From Iphione sp. A-MEVVRFRX5 (Eukaryota), in NCBI GenBank assembly GCA_976226885.1, contig OZ320316.1, positions 43,648,001 to 43,712,000 on the forward strand: a stretch of DNA of 64,000 nucleotides. The letters run 5' to 3'. Under the pieces are notes generated by a model. It was not told where the DNA came from and did not search any database. It was given only the letters and a program-made list of their open reading frames with translations. Every line of letters starts with the position of its first letter. Position 1 is the stretch's first letter. Position numbers and translations under genes: made by a program. Of this stretch, positions 22,691 through 37,318 are shown piece by piece.

Positions 22691-25600
22691 TGGTGAGGGC
22701 AAGTCTGATGATTACCAATGCAGAGGGATCAGCTGTGTAGGATAAAGCGGTGACCAGTCTGTGCCGTTTGTGTCCTGTTGCTATGTTTATGTTTCCTGCA
22801 CAGAAGATGGCAGTCATTTCGAAGTAGATAAAAAACTGGTACATCTTATGACAAGTTACCTTTGGAAGGTATTTGAGGAGTTTGACTGTTAAATTCGTTG
22901 TGTTATTAGTTTAAGGTCTTTCCTAGAAGCAAGTGGAGATCATCTTGTGGAGCCCTTTGCTCACACACAGAGTGCATATCTTCATACAACTAACACTCTG
23001 TTAGTTGGCACTTGCTTTCCGTGGTGAAAAACATGCGGTAATGAGTATACATCTCCAAACAATGCTATGGATCCCAGTGAAGATGGCCATACTAGATGAT
23101 CTTGAGAAAATATGGCCAAATTAGCTTTACTAATCAACGATCCAGTCGAACGCATAAAGCATCTTGAGGAAATGTTGGAAATGATGAGTAGAGCTAAGAG
23201 GTTAACACAGAAAACCAGGACGGAAAACATTGAGCAGGCAGCCAATGCAGGCTAACAAAACAATGACGACATCTTGCAATGGAGAAGACAAAGAAGAGAC
23301 TAGGAAAACCATAGAGCACACCAACACAACCGCGATACCAGCAATTCAACAATGTCGTTAATAACAACTATACAAATGCTTTAATTTTGTGCAGTCACCT
23401 GCTGGTCTGTACTGTCGATTCCTCTATGATGTTTAGTGTTCGAAGATTTACCTGACTTCTAATGGCAAGTTACATCTGAAGGCTTAACCTTGTACATATC
23501 TTTTTTGTGGTACACATCGGCTGACGGTGAATGGTGTCTGTAGTAGGAGCTTAGCCAGGCTGTTCAAGGCTTTTCCCGCTGCATCTGTGATGGATGACAC
23601 TTATGTTATGCCTAATCTACACAAAGCCAGTGTGAAGAGTTTAGTAAGGGAGCTTTTATGGTATCCTTTGGCATCTAATTAGTTCTGATGCCATTTTGTG
23701 TGACGCCTGGAGGTATGCATGGCGTATTGCCTCCTATTTGGGACCCTCATTTTGAGATCGATGTTTTAGGTTTTGCAGGTCTAGCTTGGTAGTTGAAATC
23801 AGACGCAAGGCTCTTTTCTATAGCGAGGAAAGGGCATGGAACACTTACATCGGATTTGATGAAAAATATAGGCTGTATTCCTGAGGTACACGAATCTAGG
23901 AGATGTGTGCTTTTGTAGTGTTTCTAGCAGATTACATTGCGATGCGTTCGTGCAGATGCAAAAATCACCAAAAAAAGTTTTAAGTGAGACAAGAACATTT
24001 TTCCTGTGAATCTAAGAATAATATATCTATAACTATTCTCGAAACAAGAAAATATTTCTTAAAAGCATCATAAAATAAGAAAAGAATACTAGTATATTTA
24101 AATGTTTTATTTCTTAATGTAAGAACTTACACAAGTATTTTTATTCTTATAATAAGGAATGTATTTCGGCTTTTCTCAAGATATTTCTTACTAGACATAG
24201 AGTCATTTTCTTATGTAATAGAAAGTTTTCTGTGTGCAGTTTCTTAAAACAAAATTTTTGTCCTTGGGACAAGAAAACTTTTGCAAAATAACAAAGTTCT
24301 TATTTTCTAGACACTTTTTTCCTCAAAACTAGAATTGTATGCTTAAGTAATCCATAATGATATTTCTAAACATTCTTTCATAGCATAGACATTTTTTCTC
24401 CTTTAGGAGACAAATACTCTATGTCAAAAATCCCCTACAACTGCATCCTGACACCTCTCCTCGCACTGCTAAGAACAGAATTATTTTCAGGATATTCCAG
24501 CAGGACAATCTTTCACTAAACTGACTATTCCAAGGTGCCTCACACCTCTCCTCACACCTTTCCTCATGTACTTCTGATATGCCCTCACCCTATGACCATG
24601 CCCTCACACTTCGCCTCACACCTTTCCTGCGTCATGGTGATCTGCCCTACTCTCTGCCTGACATGTCTTCATATCTCTCCCGACAGCTGTATCATTGGCA
24701 TTTATTGTCTACTATTTTTATCCCTTTGAAAGACCCTTCAGTGGTGACTGACGCTTACAGTTCTGAAATTCTCAGACTGTCAACTTCCATATGACCACAT
24801 CAGAAAATCCCCTTACTAACATAGCTGCCACAGTGGGAATTGGAATACGTTCCAGCATAACAGACACATTAAAATCTGGCAGGGGTTACACACACAGATT
24901 CATTCATTACATATTACATACTTTAACTATCCATGTCTTTCTTTCTACCCAGCTGAATTACACCAGTCTTTTCAAATTAGTCTATCTACTATGATTGTAA
25001 CATCGGCACCATATCACTGCACCTCAATAAATTGCAAAGATTAAACTGCTAATATACATGCTACCACCAACTTCTAAATACTCTCACCAATGTATTGCAC
25101 GAGATTCACCAAAACGTAGATGTACATCAAAGATATTTTTGTATTTACATAATGGGATTATCAAATTAAATTGGTTATGTTGTTGGAAGAAAACCGCATT
25201 GGGTCTTTCTTTAAACATATCCTATATAACGGGTGGGCCTAATTGATATTTTTCCATGTGAGATGTATTAGTACTGAAATAGGACTATTGTTATTTTAAT
25301 CGTTTTACCGCGAATGAATTCTCTTCATATGTAAAGGACCCGTTTCATCTGTCATTTTCACATAAATGGAAGAAAGGTTCTCACGTTCAAATGCTTGTGT
25401 TTAATTAGAAAGTACACAGTTCAAGACCTGAGGGTCCAAGACGGCTAGCACTAATGTTCGGATCAAAGCCTTGTAACTGAAGACCCACGAAGCATATACA
25501 TTACTGGACGGTCCATCTGAAAGACTACGGAGTGATCCTATTGCAGAAATAATCTAAATTAATTTATTTTTCTAAAGGTTATATTATTTAGAGGTTGGCC

Positions 25601-28600
25601 CTGTCTGAGATGTGGTTCAAACAAAGTATTCTACACTGATAAACCAACGTTTTTCTTGGTTGTCTGACGAATGACTTTTGGCCGTTAATGGGATGTTCTA
25701 GGTAAAGTTACACTATATCCCAAAGTCAAGACTTAGCACTCCTTGTGTAAATTATGATCTATTTAGGAAACATCTTCATATAGAGCAAAATCCTAGATTT
25801 TGAAATTAATATATATAAGGTCACCTTCAAAGGAAGAAGTTATGCATTTTTGTATGTCATACGAACGATTGGAGCATTATTGACAGATGGAAACATCAAG
25901 AACAGTGTCACCATTATTTTAATCTGGTCGTAATCAATGCAAGGTGTTAAAAAATCTATGCAAGGCAGCTGGATGTTCTCTGGAGAGAAAGCCAGGCACG
26001 AGTATTCATCGCCTGTTTCCAGGGAAGTAAAATCAGTGACGAAATTCATATAGCAGGAGAGTCACAGGCATAGGAGAAAGACATCAAACGATGGACAGGT
26101 GGAATAGGAGGAAGCAGAGAGGGACGAGAACGGGTAAAGAAAGAAAAGGTAGGAAAGGACGCAGGAAGACGGTGTGGCAAAGAGAACTAAAAGGGAATGA
26201 GAATGCTGAGAGAGTACATGCAGGGCGAAAGTCCAAGGCACGAAACAAGGTCGATACAGAACAAATCAATAGATAGAAGCAAGATGGAAAGAATGTAGCC
26301 TAGAGGAGCGATAACCGAGTAATCGATGGGAGATATAGGGTGAGACGTGACGGTAAGATACATAGGAAATGGTACCTGCATCGTTGCATGGAGACGATCT
26401 GTACTAGAAACGGAACTAGGGATATTGCACTGAATCTGTGTGAGTGCGCAATTATTGATGAAAACAAACAGTAGATCACTCCACGGGCGCGCCCCTACAT
26501 GGCTCCGGCGATCAACCCTGTAACCCATGCAGCGTTAGGCCGACCACCAAATAAGCTAATGCTCACGCATCACGCACTCGCTGCTCCCTCGTTGAGAATG
26601 GAACTACAGTCTACTGAATCTTCGAATTTCATTTTATAGGGATATTTCACCACACGAAAGGAGTTTGTAGAGAATGCACAGGGCAATAATGCAATTAACT
26701 CCTCTATGAGCAGACAACTATAAAAAAAAGTTTTGATTATATTAGAATCCATATGCACTATACTGTTCTGTCAATGTCTTGCAAAGGTAAGAATACATGT
26801 CGCTATATTTTGTTGATAAAAACACATTATCTGGGCCCGTCGACCGGTGTATTGGACGCCAAAAAGACGAGTGTCTTAAAATCTTAATGTAGTTGAAGAA
26901 ATACCGACAAATGGTTGAGATGAGTTCCAAAAACAAGCAATGGAAATACGTTAACAGCACAAAGAAATCGAAGGGTAGCGGTAGACACATTAAGAACGCA
27001 GGGGAAAATAACGTTCGATATGTATAGACATCCGCAGGGAGAAAAAGAAAATGATAGGTCACTTGGGTTGAATTCAGACAATTTGTAATGAACACCCTTC
27101 AATAAGTCCGTTCGCACAACCCGAGAGATGTTTCAAAAGGTCCATTCAGCCGCTGGGACGCCTTCCATTTCGATCGTGTTATGGGACGCAAAAGGGAAGC
27201 TTCTCTTTCGTCATTATACACACTTTCCGTGTTCACTGACAGTTCCGTAGGAAGAGGTGATGCTCTTTTCATGAGTTAATGGGATGGGCCGTCCTACCCT
27301 AAACCTTTCATGCCACACATGACCTCCTGAACTCGAAGTTCTGTAGCAATACCACTTCCATGCCGCACAATATAGAGAGTTCCACCACGGTCGCTATTGC
27401 TTCTATGGTCACTGGTGGTAACCAAATTTGATTATTTTTGCGCAGTAGCTGCAACCAATTCGTTGGAAGAACACCTCGGTGGTGCCTGGCATGTAAGACT
27501 TTATCTTAGTCTGTTTATTCTCCCCTCTGCTCTCCTGTCACCGTGTATTGCTTTCATTCTATGTCTTATTTTCTTTCTCCATCCCCTTTGCCTAATGCCT
27601 GTATAAAACCTGGCTCAGTTTATATTTGCTATAAATGTCTTGGTAGGGGAGACGAGGTTGTATATGTGTAGGACAACAAATAGCTATGCATGTATTCTGA
27701 TACAAATTTCGACATTTTAGTGTCCACTAAAAGACATGCACACAATCTATGCATCCTCCGGGTAGGGATTCGGATATCATCCGAAAATATAGCTAGAATT
27801 TAGGATTGCGTGAATAAGACAATCATGCATGTGATAAAACAGTGTATCGTTAGGTAACGATTAGAGCATGCTATATAATTACACGCTTTGCTTCTCTGAT
27901 CAAATCCTAATGGACTGGATGCTAACCATCTGATGGAAAGTAATTTCTGAGCCTAGAATAATCAACGGCCTTTGTGATTTCCATGCAAAACGAGACAAAC
28001 ATGCAAGGTCTATATTTGTTCATTCATGAAGACACGGAGTGGTCACTCGACATTGGAAGAACAACAGAAAGTAGACAGTAGATTGACTTATCGTCCTGTT
28101 TATAGTCTCTCAGAGGAGGAGCAGGTAAAATGGAACAATCTAAATAAATAGGTGGGTTACGCCCCGCCCTTTGGGTGAAGGGTAGACGGCCGCTAGATCA
28201 CCAGCCTGTCTACACCCAGAATTAGCCTAAATCACAATCGCTTCAAACTGACTTGTTTTGCGTCAACCTGATCAATTGATGGTAAGGGCGACACAGTCCT
28301 TGATACTCAAAAGATTCACGGTCGCGGGGATATCACGTGGGTCACCAGGCATTCTGGGTAGTGTATTTACATGCTCCACATTTGTGTCTAGCATCTGCAG
28401 AAATACATTTGCTGACCGGCTTGTATACCCACCAGACTAGGAATATGTGCATAGTTAGTATTTTACAGAAGAGGTGATCGTTCTTCCAGCAAGGCCATGA
28501 TGGCCAGTTGATGACTCGACTGCAAGCTATTCCAAAATGCGGAATACTTCTATATTTTTAACCATACAGTTACAATGGTTTCAATCAAGAAGGTTAAATA

Positions 28601-29424
28601 ACAGCATTGACCTCCTGCCTAGTCGGAATATAAAGGTGCTGTGTAAATGAGTTTCAAATCAATTTGAGTTCTGCATGAGTGCTAAATCTTGTAGGAGTAT
28701 GTGATTTAATCTCACTAGTCCCATTCTTCGAATGAGTCCTAGCATCGTATAACATATACATATGATGGGCTGTGGTTATTGTTTATACAAGGGATGATAT
28801 AGAAACGTTAAGCAACACTACAGTATCATGTAAGCACATACTATTACTACTACTATAAATAATGAAGGAAATGCATTTACATTGTGATAGGGATGTGCTA
28901 TACATCCATATATAAATGGTAAGGTTCAATTCAGATTTAGAGATGGCTGTCAGATGATAAGGGTTGGTTATCTGGATTGTGCACATAAACTAAACCAGTT
29001 GTCAGATAATCTAGCAGCAGAGACTACCTGTACTGAAAAATATAGGTGGATAGGGTGTAGAGTATTCTCAGCGGAGATCGTGGCACAGACCTATACTGTT
29101 CGGGTACTTGATGGTATTGATATTTGCCTAGGCCTAGTAAAAAAGGTTCTGTGTTTCCAGTAACTTGACTGACCCTACATTAGAACCATTTGTAACTTTT
29201 TATATTTTTTCTTGTTTTTTTAATAACTTCAGAATTAATAACGATAGAGACGCATACTGTACACCAAATTGCTCCTCATGTTACTAGTTTTCATATGATA
29301 TAGGTTTAATATCTAACCAGTATAAGTGACATTACCGTAGACATTTGTTGATTTCAGGATCCTTTAACATTGAAAAAAAAAATAAAAATTTGACCTACTG
29401 ACAGACCCTGTAATTTTTCAGCTT

Positions 29425-29455
29425 GTTACCAGAAACACAGAACTTTTTTTAGGCC
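29425..29455 (+). repeat. Isolated TIR related to MITE family 1
   Basis: GTTACCAGAAACACAGAACTTTTTTTAGGCC followed by TTA. Confidence 0.55.
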
Positions 29456-32400
29456 TTATCATTCTTCACTATTTTGATACCATTGTCTGGGTCCATAGGA
29501 AAAAATGCTGTGCACAGTGTACACAGACGCTCTGAAGGATATATTAAATCATTCGACATAATGAACATTCCCATAGCATATGTATCTGTTATGTAAACGT
29601 AGGATGAACAATCCCAGAACCTTAGGAAATTGACACCAAACACTTCATAGACAATCTGGCAAAACTTAAAAACGGATTACTGCTGCCCCATCTGTAGAAG
29701 CCTGGTCCGTGCTTCAAGACAAGCAGGTATGCGAATAAAGGAATTACAAACAGAATGTTGATACGCGAAGTTATTCATGAGGATGCGTTTATTTCAAGTA
29801 AGGGTAACGTATTTCAATGACGAGAAAAGCATAGGTTATGATAAATCCGTGCTAAAAATTCTGCTGAGAACATAGAGTGTTAATATAGCGAAATATCTTT
29901 GTACCTGTTTGCCAATAACATTAATGAAGAAATAAGGTTTCATATTTTAATAATTCTTATACCAACTAAATTGTTAAATAACATGCCACCTAAATTATCA
30001 CCATGACTCTTATTCCAGAGTTTTACACATGTTACATTTCATTGGGGTCGTTTTCTTAGGAGGTTTTGCCAAGAGTATATTTGAGCACACCAGTATAAAA
30101 CATAACTAATTACCTGTTTAGGTAATACTTACTTAAACGAGCTAAGTCTAGTGTTGCTGTGAAAAACTACAAGTTTACACTACATATCTTTGACACATTC
30201 TAGCTCGCGGTAACTTTAAGTAATATACCTTTAGTCAATTTTGCATCATGGAAAGAAACATATCTTGGAAATCAGATAAAGAAAAGTTATTTGTGGGTAT
30301 ATTGCTGTCTAAAGTTTGCATGTGTAGCCAATCTTTAGCATGTGATAGTAGCTTGGCCCTTTAGGAGAGCCGAGCACCCATTCAGGTCAGCCTTCATCTG
30401 CGAGTTAAGGGCGGTTTGGCTGCCTCACAGTCCACATCTACCATGTTGCCTACTCCTGAGCAAATGCGCCAGAAAGCCAGACAACACATTTGCATGCAGT
30501 GCCAGGGGTCACTACTACGCCATACCAGCACCTCTTGATCTCTGGGTGCCTAGCAAACGAAGATGCAGCGCCTGCTGTGAAAGATTTACTTGAGTGTTGA
30601 AAAGGGTCTAGAAGGAGGCGAAGAAGCTTGATCCCTACTAAAGCGATAACCAACTCATGTTACGGAAAGTAGATCCTTTATTCATTGTAACACTTGAATA
30701 GGATAAATAAATTTGATGCAAAGATGAAGCTGGATGAGATCCATTCATGGGTGGGACGCGTATACAGAACACACAGGAGAGGACTTTCAATCCCGTTAGC
30801 CTTAGGAGGAGAAAGTCGGCACCTCATATTGCGACCTGATAGGCACTTATTATAACGCCATAGATCTCTAAAGAACTCAGCAAATGCTCTCTAAAGTTAT
30901 CAATGACTGATAAAGAGTTACCGATGCCTACAGCTAATCCCCGATTCTCAAGGACCAACCCCGTCGAACCCACCAACAAACAATATTGAAGGAAAGGCTA
31001 ACCTATTTCTGGTTTGGATGTCAAAGTAGAGTCAAACAAAGCTTAGAGCCTAGAAGGGATTCTGAACGTTGATGCTTTTCACAATGGTGCCTCTGCGCAT
31101 CATCGGATGAAACCATGTTTTACAAACAGCTTTTAAAATATTGTGAACTGTTGACTGGACCTGACCAGGTCCATTGCAAATCGTAGAAGAAACCAATTGT
31201 AAATGTTTTAGAAGAGTAAGCGGCAATGCATGGTACATCCCTTACTATATGAAGAACACTGAAACGTCCTGCCTAGTCACCGTCGCGTTCAGAGTGATCT
31301 CTCGGCCGCCCCAACCCACCCTGGCAGGCGCTCCCCCTAGTGGCAGGTGCGATGCGCCACATGGTGCCGACTTACGGAAACCGGAGGGTCAGAAGGTCGT
31401 ACATTCTTTATGTGGAGTACGTTAAAAAAGAGCCTTCCTCACGCTACGCGAGACGATCGTTGGTAACACACACACAAATCTTTCTCTATTCCCATAAGGC
31501 CCAGTGTGGATTTCGTGGAATACATTAGTTTGTAAAACGTGTAGTATTGGAAGTATTCCGATCTACTTGCGTTGAAAAAATCAGATAGGAACACATTGAT
31601 TATAGATTTATAATGGCTATCCTGCATCATTAAACTAGTGTTTTCGTGCCTTTTGATTATTGAAGAATTAATCCAAATCATAAGGTGCTAATTTATTTTA
31701 TATTCAACAGTAGCACAACGTTTGGTTAGACATAAAGTTCTATTTCTTTATATTATTGCATGCTCATTATAAGCTATACATTTGCTTCATGCAGCCGTCA
31801 AAATATTATCATTGGACGAATTGCTTATGGCAAGCTAGGCTCTGAGTGCACTCCTTGTTGCCACCACGCAAAAAAAGGAGTTATAAAAGTAATTGGGAAG
31901 AGGGCTCCGGCATTTGCCTTAATTAAATCGATTGCTTTTGACAGTGCTGTAATGAAGCCCACAAAGGGAAAGGTTTTATACATGGACAGAAAACGCAAGT
32001 CTTCCTGTGGCAGAGGAAAAATGCAGTCCTGTATTGGTTTCATTGTTTTGGCGGATCAAAATCGCAAGGGCTTGTTTTGCATCGGCAATTTATACGCACG
32101 CCCTAATTACAACCAATGTAGTCATCTATGAAGGCGTCGATGTAAGATGGGTAGTAACAAATTCTGTCGAGGGGTTTGCCAATGACTAATTAATTAGTGC
32201 GCATGTCCTCACTTTTAGCCAGATAACTCCAAGGGCGACAGGATAGACCTTGAGCCACAACGACGAGAAGATGGCGGGAGAGACCTAGCCTTGCATGCAG
32301 ATTATCTCAAGAAGAAACTTAAATCATTCATTGTGTTGTGAGAGAGATAGTCAAGGATTGCATTTTATGGATGCAATATGAACATTCTTTAGGCATTTTT

Positions 32401-34493
32401 AAAGGTAGGCCTATCATGTAAGACACTCCTGGGGTATTACCGACCAATGCATAAAGGCATCATTTTTATACATTCTAGGAAATCCTTTGTTCTGCAGTAA
32501 TTACTTGATTCATAATGCTAACCTTTTGTGTGTGAACTTCGAATTATTTCATATTGTAACGTACAATTTCCTTGTGGCAATGTGGTTGTACAAGATATTC
32601 ATATATTTGTTACATTGTAGCCATTACGAGCGTCTAGCAACCAACGCTATCATGTTGGTTGAGTTGTGGCCTGTACGCCTTGTAGGGTCAGAAGACGACC
32701 GGGAGAACGAACTCCCCTTGAAACTATGAGATTAATTAAGTTGCAAATGGAGATTTTCATACAGTAGTTCAGAGGATGAAGAAGAAATTTAACTGAGTCA
32801 TTTTGTGTCAGAGGCTTCTGCTACAGAGATGCAGTGGAAAGAGACCGAAAAACCTGAAGAAAACCTGAGATCTGAAATTACAGCCTGCATCCAGAACTAA
32901 ATACCCCCTTTATTGAGGCGATGTGACTAGGGAAATTGGTATGCGAAACGATGAATATACACCTATTACTGATGATAAGATAAGGCACGACTATAAAGTA
33001 TATACTTACATAGTGTTCTTGCACCACGACACTATCTCCCGTTCTTTATGCTCAGGATTTCCCAGCCCTAAATAGAAAGAGAACTGATTCAGTTCTTGCC
33101 GTATTTCAATTACCTGTTTGAGGATTCATAGCATGGTCCATCTTACATTTCTACAGTAACTCAATTCGTCATTGATTCCCTTGATAGTACGCAGTTCATT
33201 TGATCTAGAGGGTGATGGGGGGAAACATTATACATGTACTGGCATATCCTGGACAAATGCAAAGGTTTAACAGACTCTGGTTCGTATTGTGCATACTTCT
33301 ATGGGATAGCCCTCACGCTGGAAATGCAATCATTCTGTCTTTACCAATGGAATGAAGTCTGAGAACAGCATAATCCTTCACATTGTACTGTACGATTTGT
33401 TTTAGTAAAAGACATCAACCTCCATCAAGGTTTTATCTTGGAAAAGATATAGTGTTTTTTGCTGAAACTCCATGGGGACTATAGATGCAATCTGGGATAC
33501 ATGTACGTTAAAAGCTGCGTGCATAGTCGAGCAAGCTAGGAACGTTTGCATTTGTTACTCGGGCGGCATCAGATCGTTTCAGTTTCTATAGGCCCCGGCA
33601 TTGTAGCCAGTCGAGGTTGGAACATCAAAGGAAGCGTTGTTTCCGTGTAATGTATCCCCTGCTTCCTTGTGCGGTGGTAGATCGCACCCTATCCCCATTC
33701 ACAGTGGCCTGAACCGCCTGAGGTGGGCTAGAAGCGGGTCCAGTGTCTCCCTGGAAGGTTGTAAAAACACTTACAGTCCATTAGACACTGTGGTTTACCC
33801 AGCCCTGAGTACTGAGTACTGGGAAAAGGACCATGGCATATAATATCACTGTTAGTGATGGTAAATACAGAGCGCCAATGGCCATAGACTACTGAGTTAA
33901 TGTCATAATGCAAACTCACTGGTCGGTTAATCTTTGAAAGTGGCATGTTTCCTCATGCTATTTTTAAACCTGGTCGCTCTATGAATAAGAACGTCAACAC
34001 ATGTCACGTTTTGACAGCTCCTCGCCATTCCACGGGGTAGTAGAAGAGGTGTCCCTCAACAGAATATAAAGCTTGCGTACTATCTTCTAATGTGGCCTTC
34101 CTTCTGAGGGAATATATTTTTATGACTCTTGAAAGGCTTCTCCATCCCCAGGCAGAGGGTGTTTATAGATGTTATACGAGAGAATCTCTTGATGTTCGTG
34201 AGGCGTAGCCCTATAACCTCCACTGCTTTAAATCCCACAGGGCACTGCCTCGCGTACCTAAGTTACCAGAAGGCAGTGGGTTTTCACTACACTCAAACCA
34301 TGTATTGAGGAACCCCTGTGTCAGCAGAAATTCCTCTAGGGGAAGGTGTAAACCTCTTTGGTGAGAGGAATAGAGTGAGGCTTTGAAACGTGAAGATCAG
34401 CAAGCCAATGGACCTTTTCTAAAGTGTTGTAGGCTGTCACACTGGACACCTCTGATTCAGCCAGCTACAGTGTATCCGTCATGTGACCTACTC

Positions 34494-34627
34494 NNNNNNN
34501 NNNNNNNNNNNNNNNNNNNNNNNNNNNNNNNNNNNNNNNNNNNNNNNNNNNNNNNNNNNNNNNNNNNNNNNNNNNNNNNNNNNNNNNNNNNNNNNNNNNN
34601 NNNNNNNNNNNNNNNNNNNNNNNNNNN
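34494..34627. other. Assembly gap (134 N)
   Basis: Run of N. Confidence 1.
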
Positions 34628-35297
34628 AACCACGAGGCTCCATTGAGGACCCAGTGGTTGCATCTTATTCCTGTCACCAGGGGGCACACTGCCTCACCGT
34701 CTGCGTCACTAAGGGCAAGGCGGGACACTCATCAGCTGAACGGTTTGTAAATGGATCAGGAGACAGATCCAAAGAGTAGAAGAAACGATAAAGAATAATC
34801 AATGAAGACCTGTAGTGCAGGCATATAGGGACTGCTTATCGCAAAAATTCTATTTGCTTATACAACCTTTTCTGACAGGCATCATAGGACCTGGGAGATC
34901 AGGTGCTTACTGGGAATTATGGAAAACGCAATAGATCAATTAGGATAGGGCTTTTGGAAAGATAGAGCAAGTAGTGGGTGAAATACAGAGAAATGCCGGA
35001 AAGAATAATCAAAAAGCAGTCACGAGATGTGTATTCAGAGGTTGACCAAATCACGTCAAAGGACACCGACGATAGGAATGAAAATGGATGATGGAACAAG
35101 GAAAGAAGTAATACCGGTCTATTATAGTGGTAAATAGACAACCACAGACGTAGTATTCAATAAGGCATTGATCACCTCAATGTATGGTTTCTAGATTATG
35201 TGCTCATTCACCCATCTGACTTTGCGAATTAACTGCATACTGAGCATGCGATCGTCACTATTGTTAATACACATTTGCTGTTTGTTGATGTCCATAA

Positions 35298-36242
35298 AGC
35301 CAAAAAATAGGTGTGTTTGTGGTCACAACCGGCTCAGAACCTAGGTAGGGAGAAAGATATCTTTTTATTTGTATTTCTTTTATTTTTATCACCCTCCTAA
35401 GATTATTGAATGATGCTACTTTCGAACTTACATCTTTACATATATTGAAAAAGAGTAAAAATTAATCTCTCCTCTTTTATAGTTCAGCTATTGTCGAGAT
35501 TTAGCACCCTAAAAATGACAAAAGTAAATAGTCTGCTTTATGCAATGGAAGATGAATCAAAATAGATTATGCATTATCTTGGGAAAGTCATAATCTGTGA
35601 CTTAGAATCATAGACATTGGAAGATCCTTCATATTTTTATGGCCCAAAAGGCCTTCCATAGATTCGTTCATAACCATCATCACCAATGTCTTACACATAG
35701 GGTACACAGACTAATACTTCTTCAAAAGACATTTTTGTTCCTTTCTATATTTGAGCCATCAAAATAGTGTTTATCAAAATAGTTTTGTGGAGGGCTGTGT
35801 GGCAGGAGTGTAGATTTGGCAGAGGGTTGAGGATGTAGAGGGATTGGTGTCAGTTGGAGGGGTTCTTGGTGTTGCACAGAGGGGTTGTTGATCTTGCGTA
35901 TAGGTTGTGCGTTGTGAAGGACCCATCAGTTACCAATTGCACTTGTTGTAATAAATTTTTCGTCTTGAAGTCCATCAAATAGAGTTTCCTTGGGGCTTTG
36001 ACATATGATATTTGTGGTAAATCTCTAGAATAAGCTTTAAAATATCAATTGTACTCTGCGCAAATAATTCACATTGCTTTATTAGATTTTAAGATTTAAG
36101 TCTTTTTTTATTTCCCTCTTCCTCTGTCTATTACATAAATTGTGCACTAGAGACTCTTTGTAGCGAAAGAATTTTTAGGTAGGGTGAGGTTATCCTAGGT
36201 ACGTTTGGGGGGAGCAGTGACCAGAAAAACATTTTTTTTGGC
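35298..36242 (-). mobile_element. Long (945-bp) reverse-oriented member of MITE family 1 with a different interior
   Basis: 35298-35361 matches the reverse complement of the family's right end and 36171-36242 that of the left end. TAA lies on both flanks (35295-35297, 36243-36245). Confidence 0.65.
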
Positions 36243-37318
36243 TAAGGAGTAATAGAATTGGAACTGAGAGAAGTCTGGTTGTGCACATAGCAGAACATAA
36301 TATTCTGTGCTAGCTTGACATGTCATCGTTTTCCTTATTCAGTGCTTACCATGTATGAATGTATGTATGAATGCATGTGTGTAACCATCCAGGGTGTGCA
36401 AATGGCTCTTGAAAGCCTAGTGGCCTAGAATCCATTGGGAATATGGGTGTCCCTTCTGCCTGCTGCCAGTAAATACTCTCAGAGAAGAAGAGCTCAAAAG
36501 TGGGATTTATGTACATGTACAAGTGTGTAGGTTGCAAAGATGAATTGAATCTAAAAGGTGCCTTCGTATTGTAGCTCCTGCTCCTTATGTAAGACATACC
36601 TGCCACAGGAGGTGAAGGAGATTTATTGAAAGACACTAACAAGACAAGGCCTGAGGCCAAAGTATCAATGTGGCTCCGGGGGACCAGCTCATATATGAGT
36701 GTTAAAACCCCTTTGTGCCACCAATCTGCACAACTCTGCATGTCGCACACAGTATCATAATGCTGTATGCCACACTCTACATTCAGCATCACCCTGCCGC
36801 ATGCCGCACTCCATACTTCACCATCCAATGCTGCAGTATATATATGAATGGAGTCTATTAATTTCCAGAGTGGCTAAATTTAATCTGATATAGGCAACTG
36901 AGGAACGTGGTGCATAAATAGTCGTTAATGCTTGGGGCGGGGGGAATGAGAATCACACTTCACTGTATCCATCGAGGTAAATGTCAACAAACTGCGATCA
37001 TTTTGCTGAATTTGTTTGCCATGTTATCTCCATGCACTAGGCTTTGTTTGAGTGCATTCACTAGCTTTGGCTCAGTTGGGTTTGGAATGTGTTAAAGGGA
37101 GCGGCAATTAGTTTGTAGTGTCCTCTAGATACTAACAGCGTGCTTGGCAAAATGCTATACGATATTTTACAGGTTAGTATTCCTCTGTGTGCACATTACC
37201 AAAATTAATGCTCCACATTAATTGATACCACCACAAATTGTTATTTGTAGTTTAGTCTTAAAGTCAGTTTCTAAACTTTTAATTGCAGACTGTCACCATA
37301 CTTAACATTCTTTAACTA

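Noticed and set aside
28022-28056. Hammerhead-like ATGAAGAC...GTC segment
   Set aside because: CUGAUGA and GAAA are both corrupted; at best a dead remnant.
31760-32131. 123-aa ORF and an antisense LSKAIDL RT-like word
   Set aside because: A single weak motif with no flanking RT motifs.
36346-36828. 160-aa minus-strand ORF
   Set aside because: No recognisable motif; it runs through simple repeats (ATAC/CATG-like). Probably a chance ORF.
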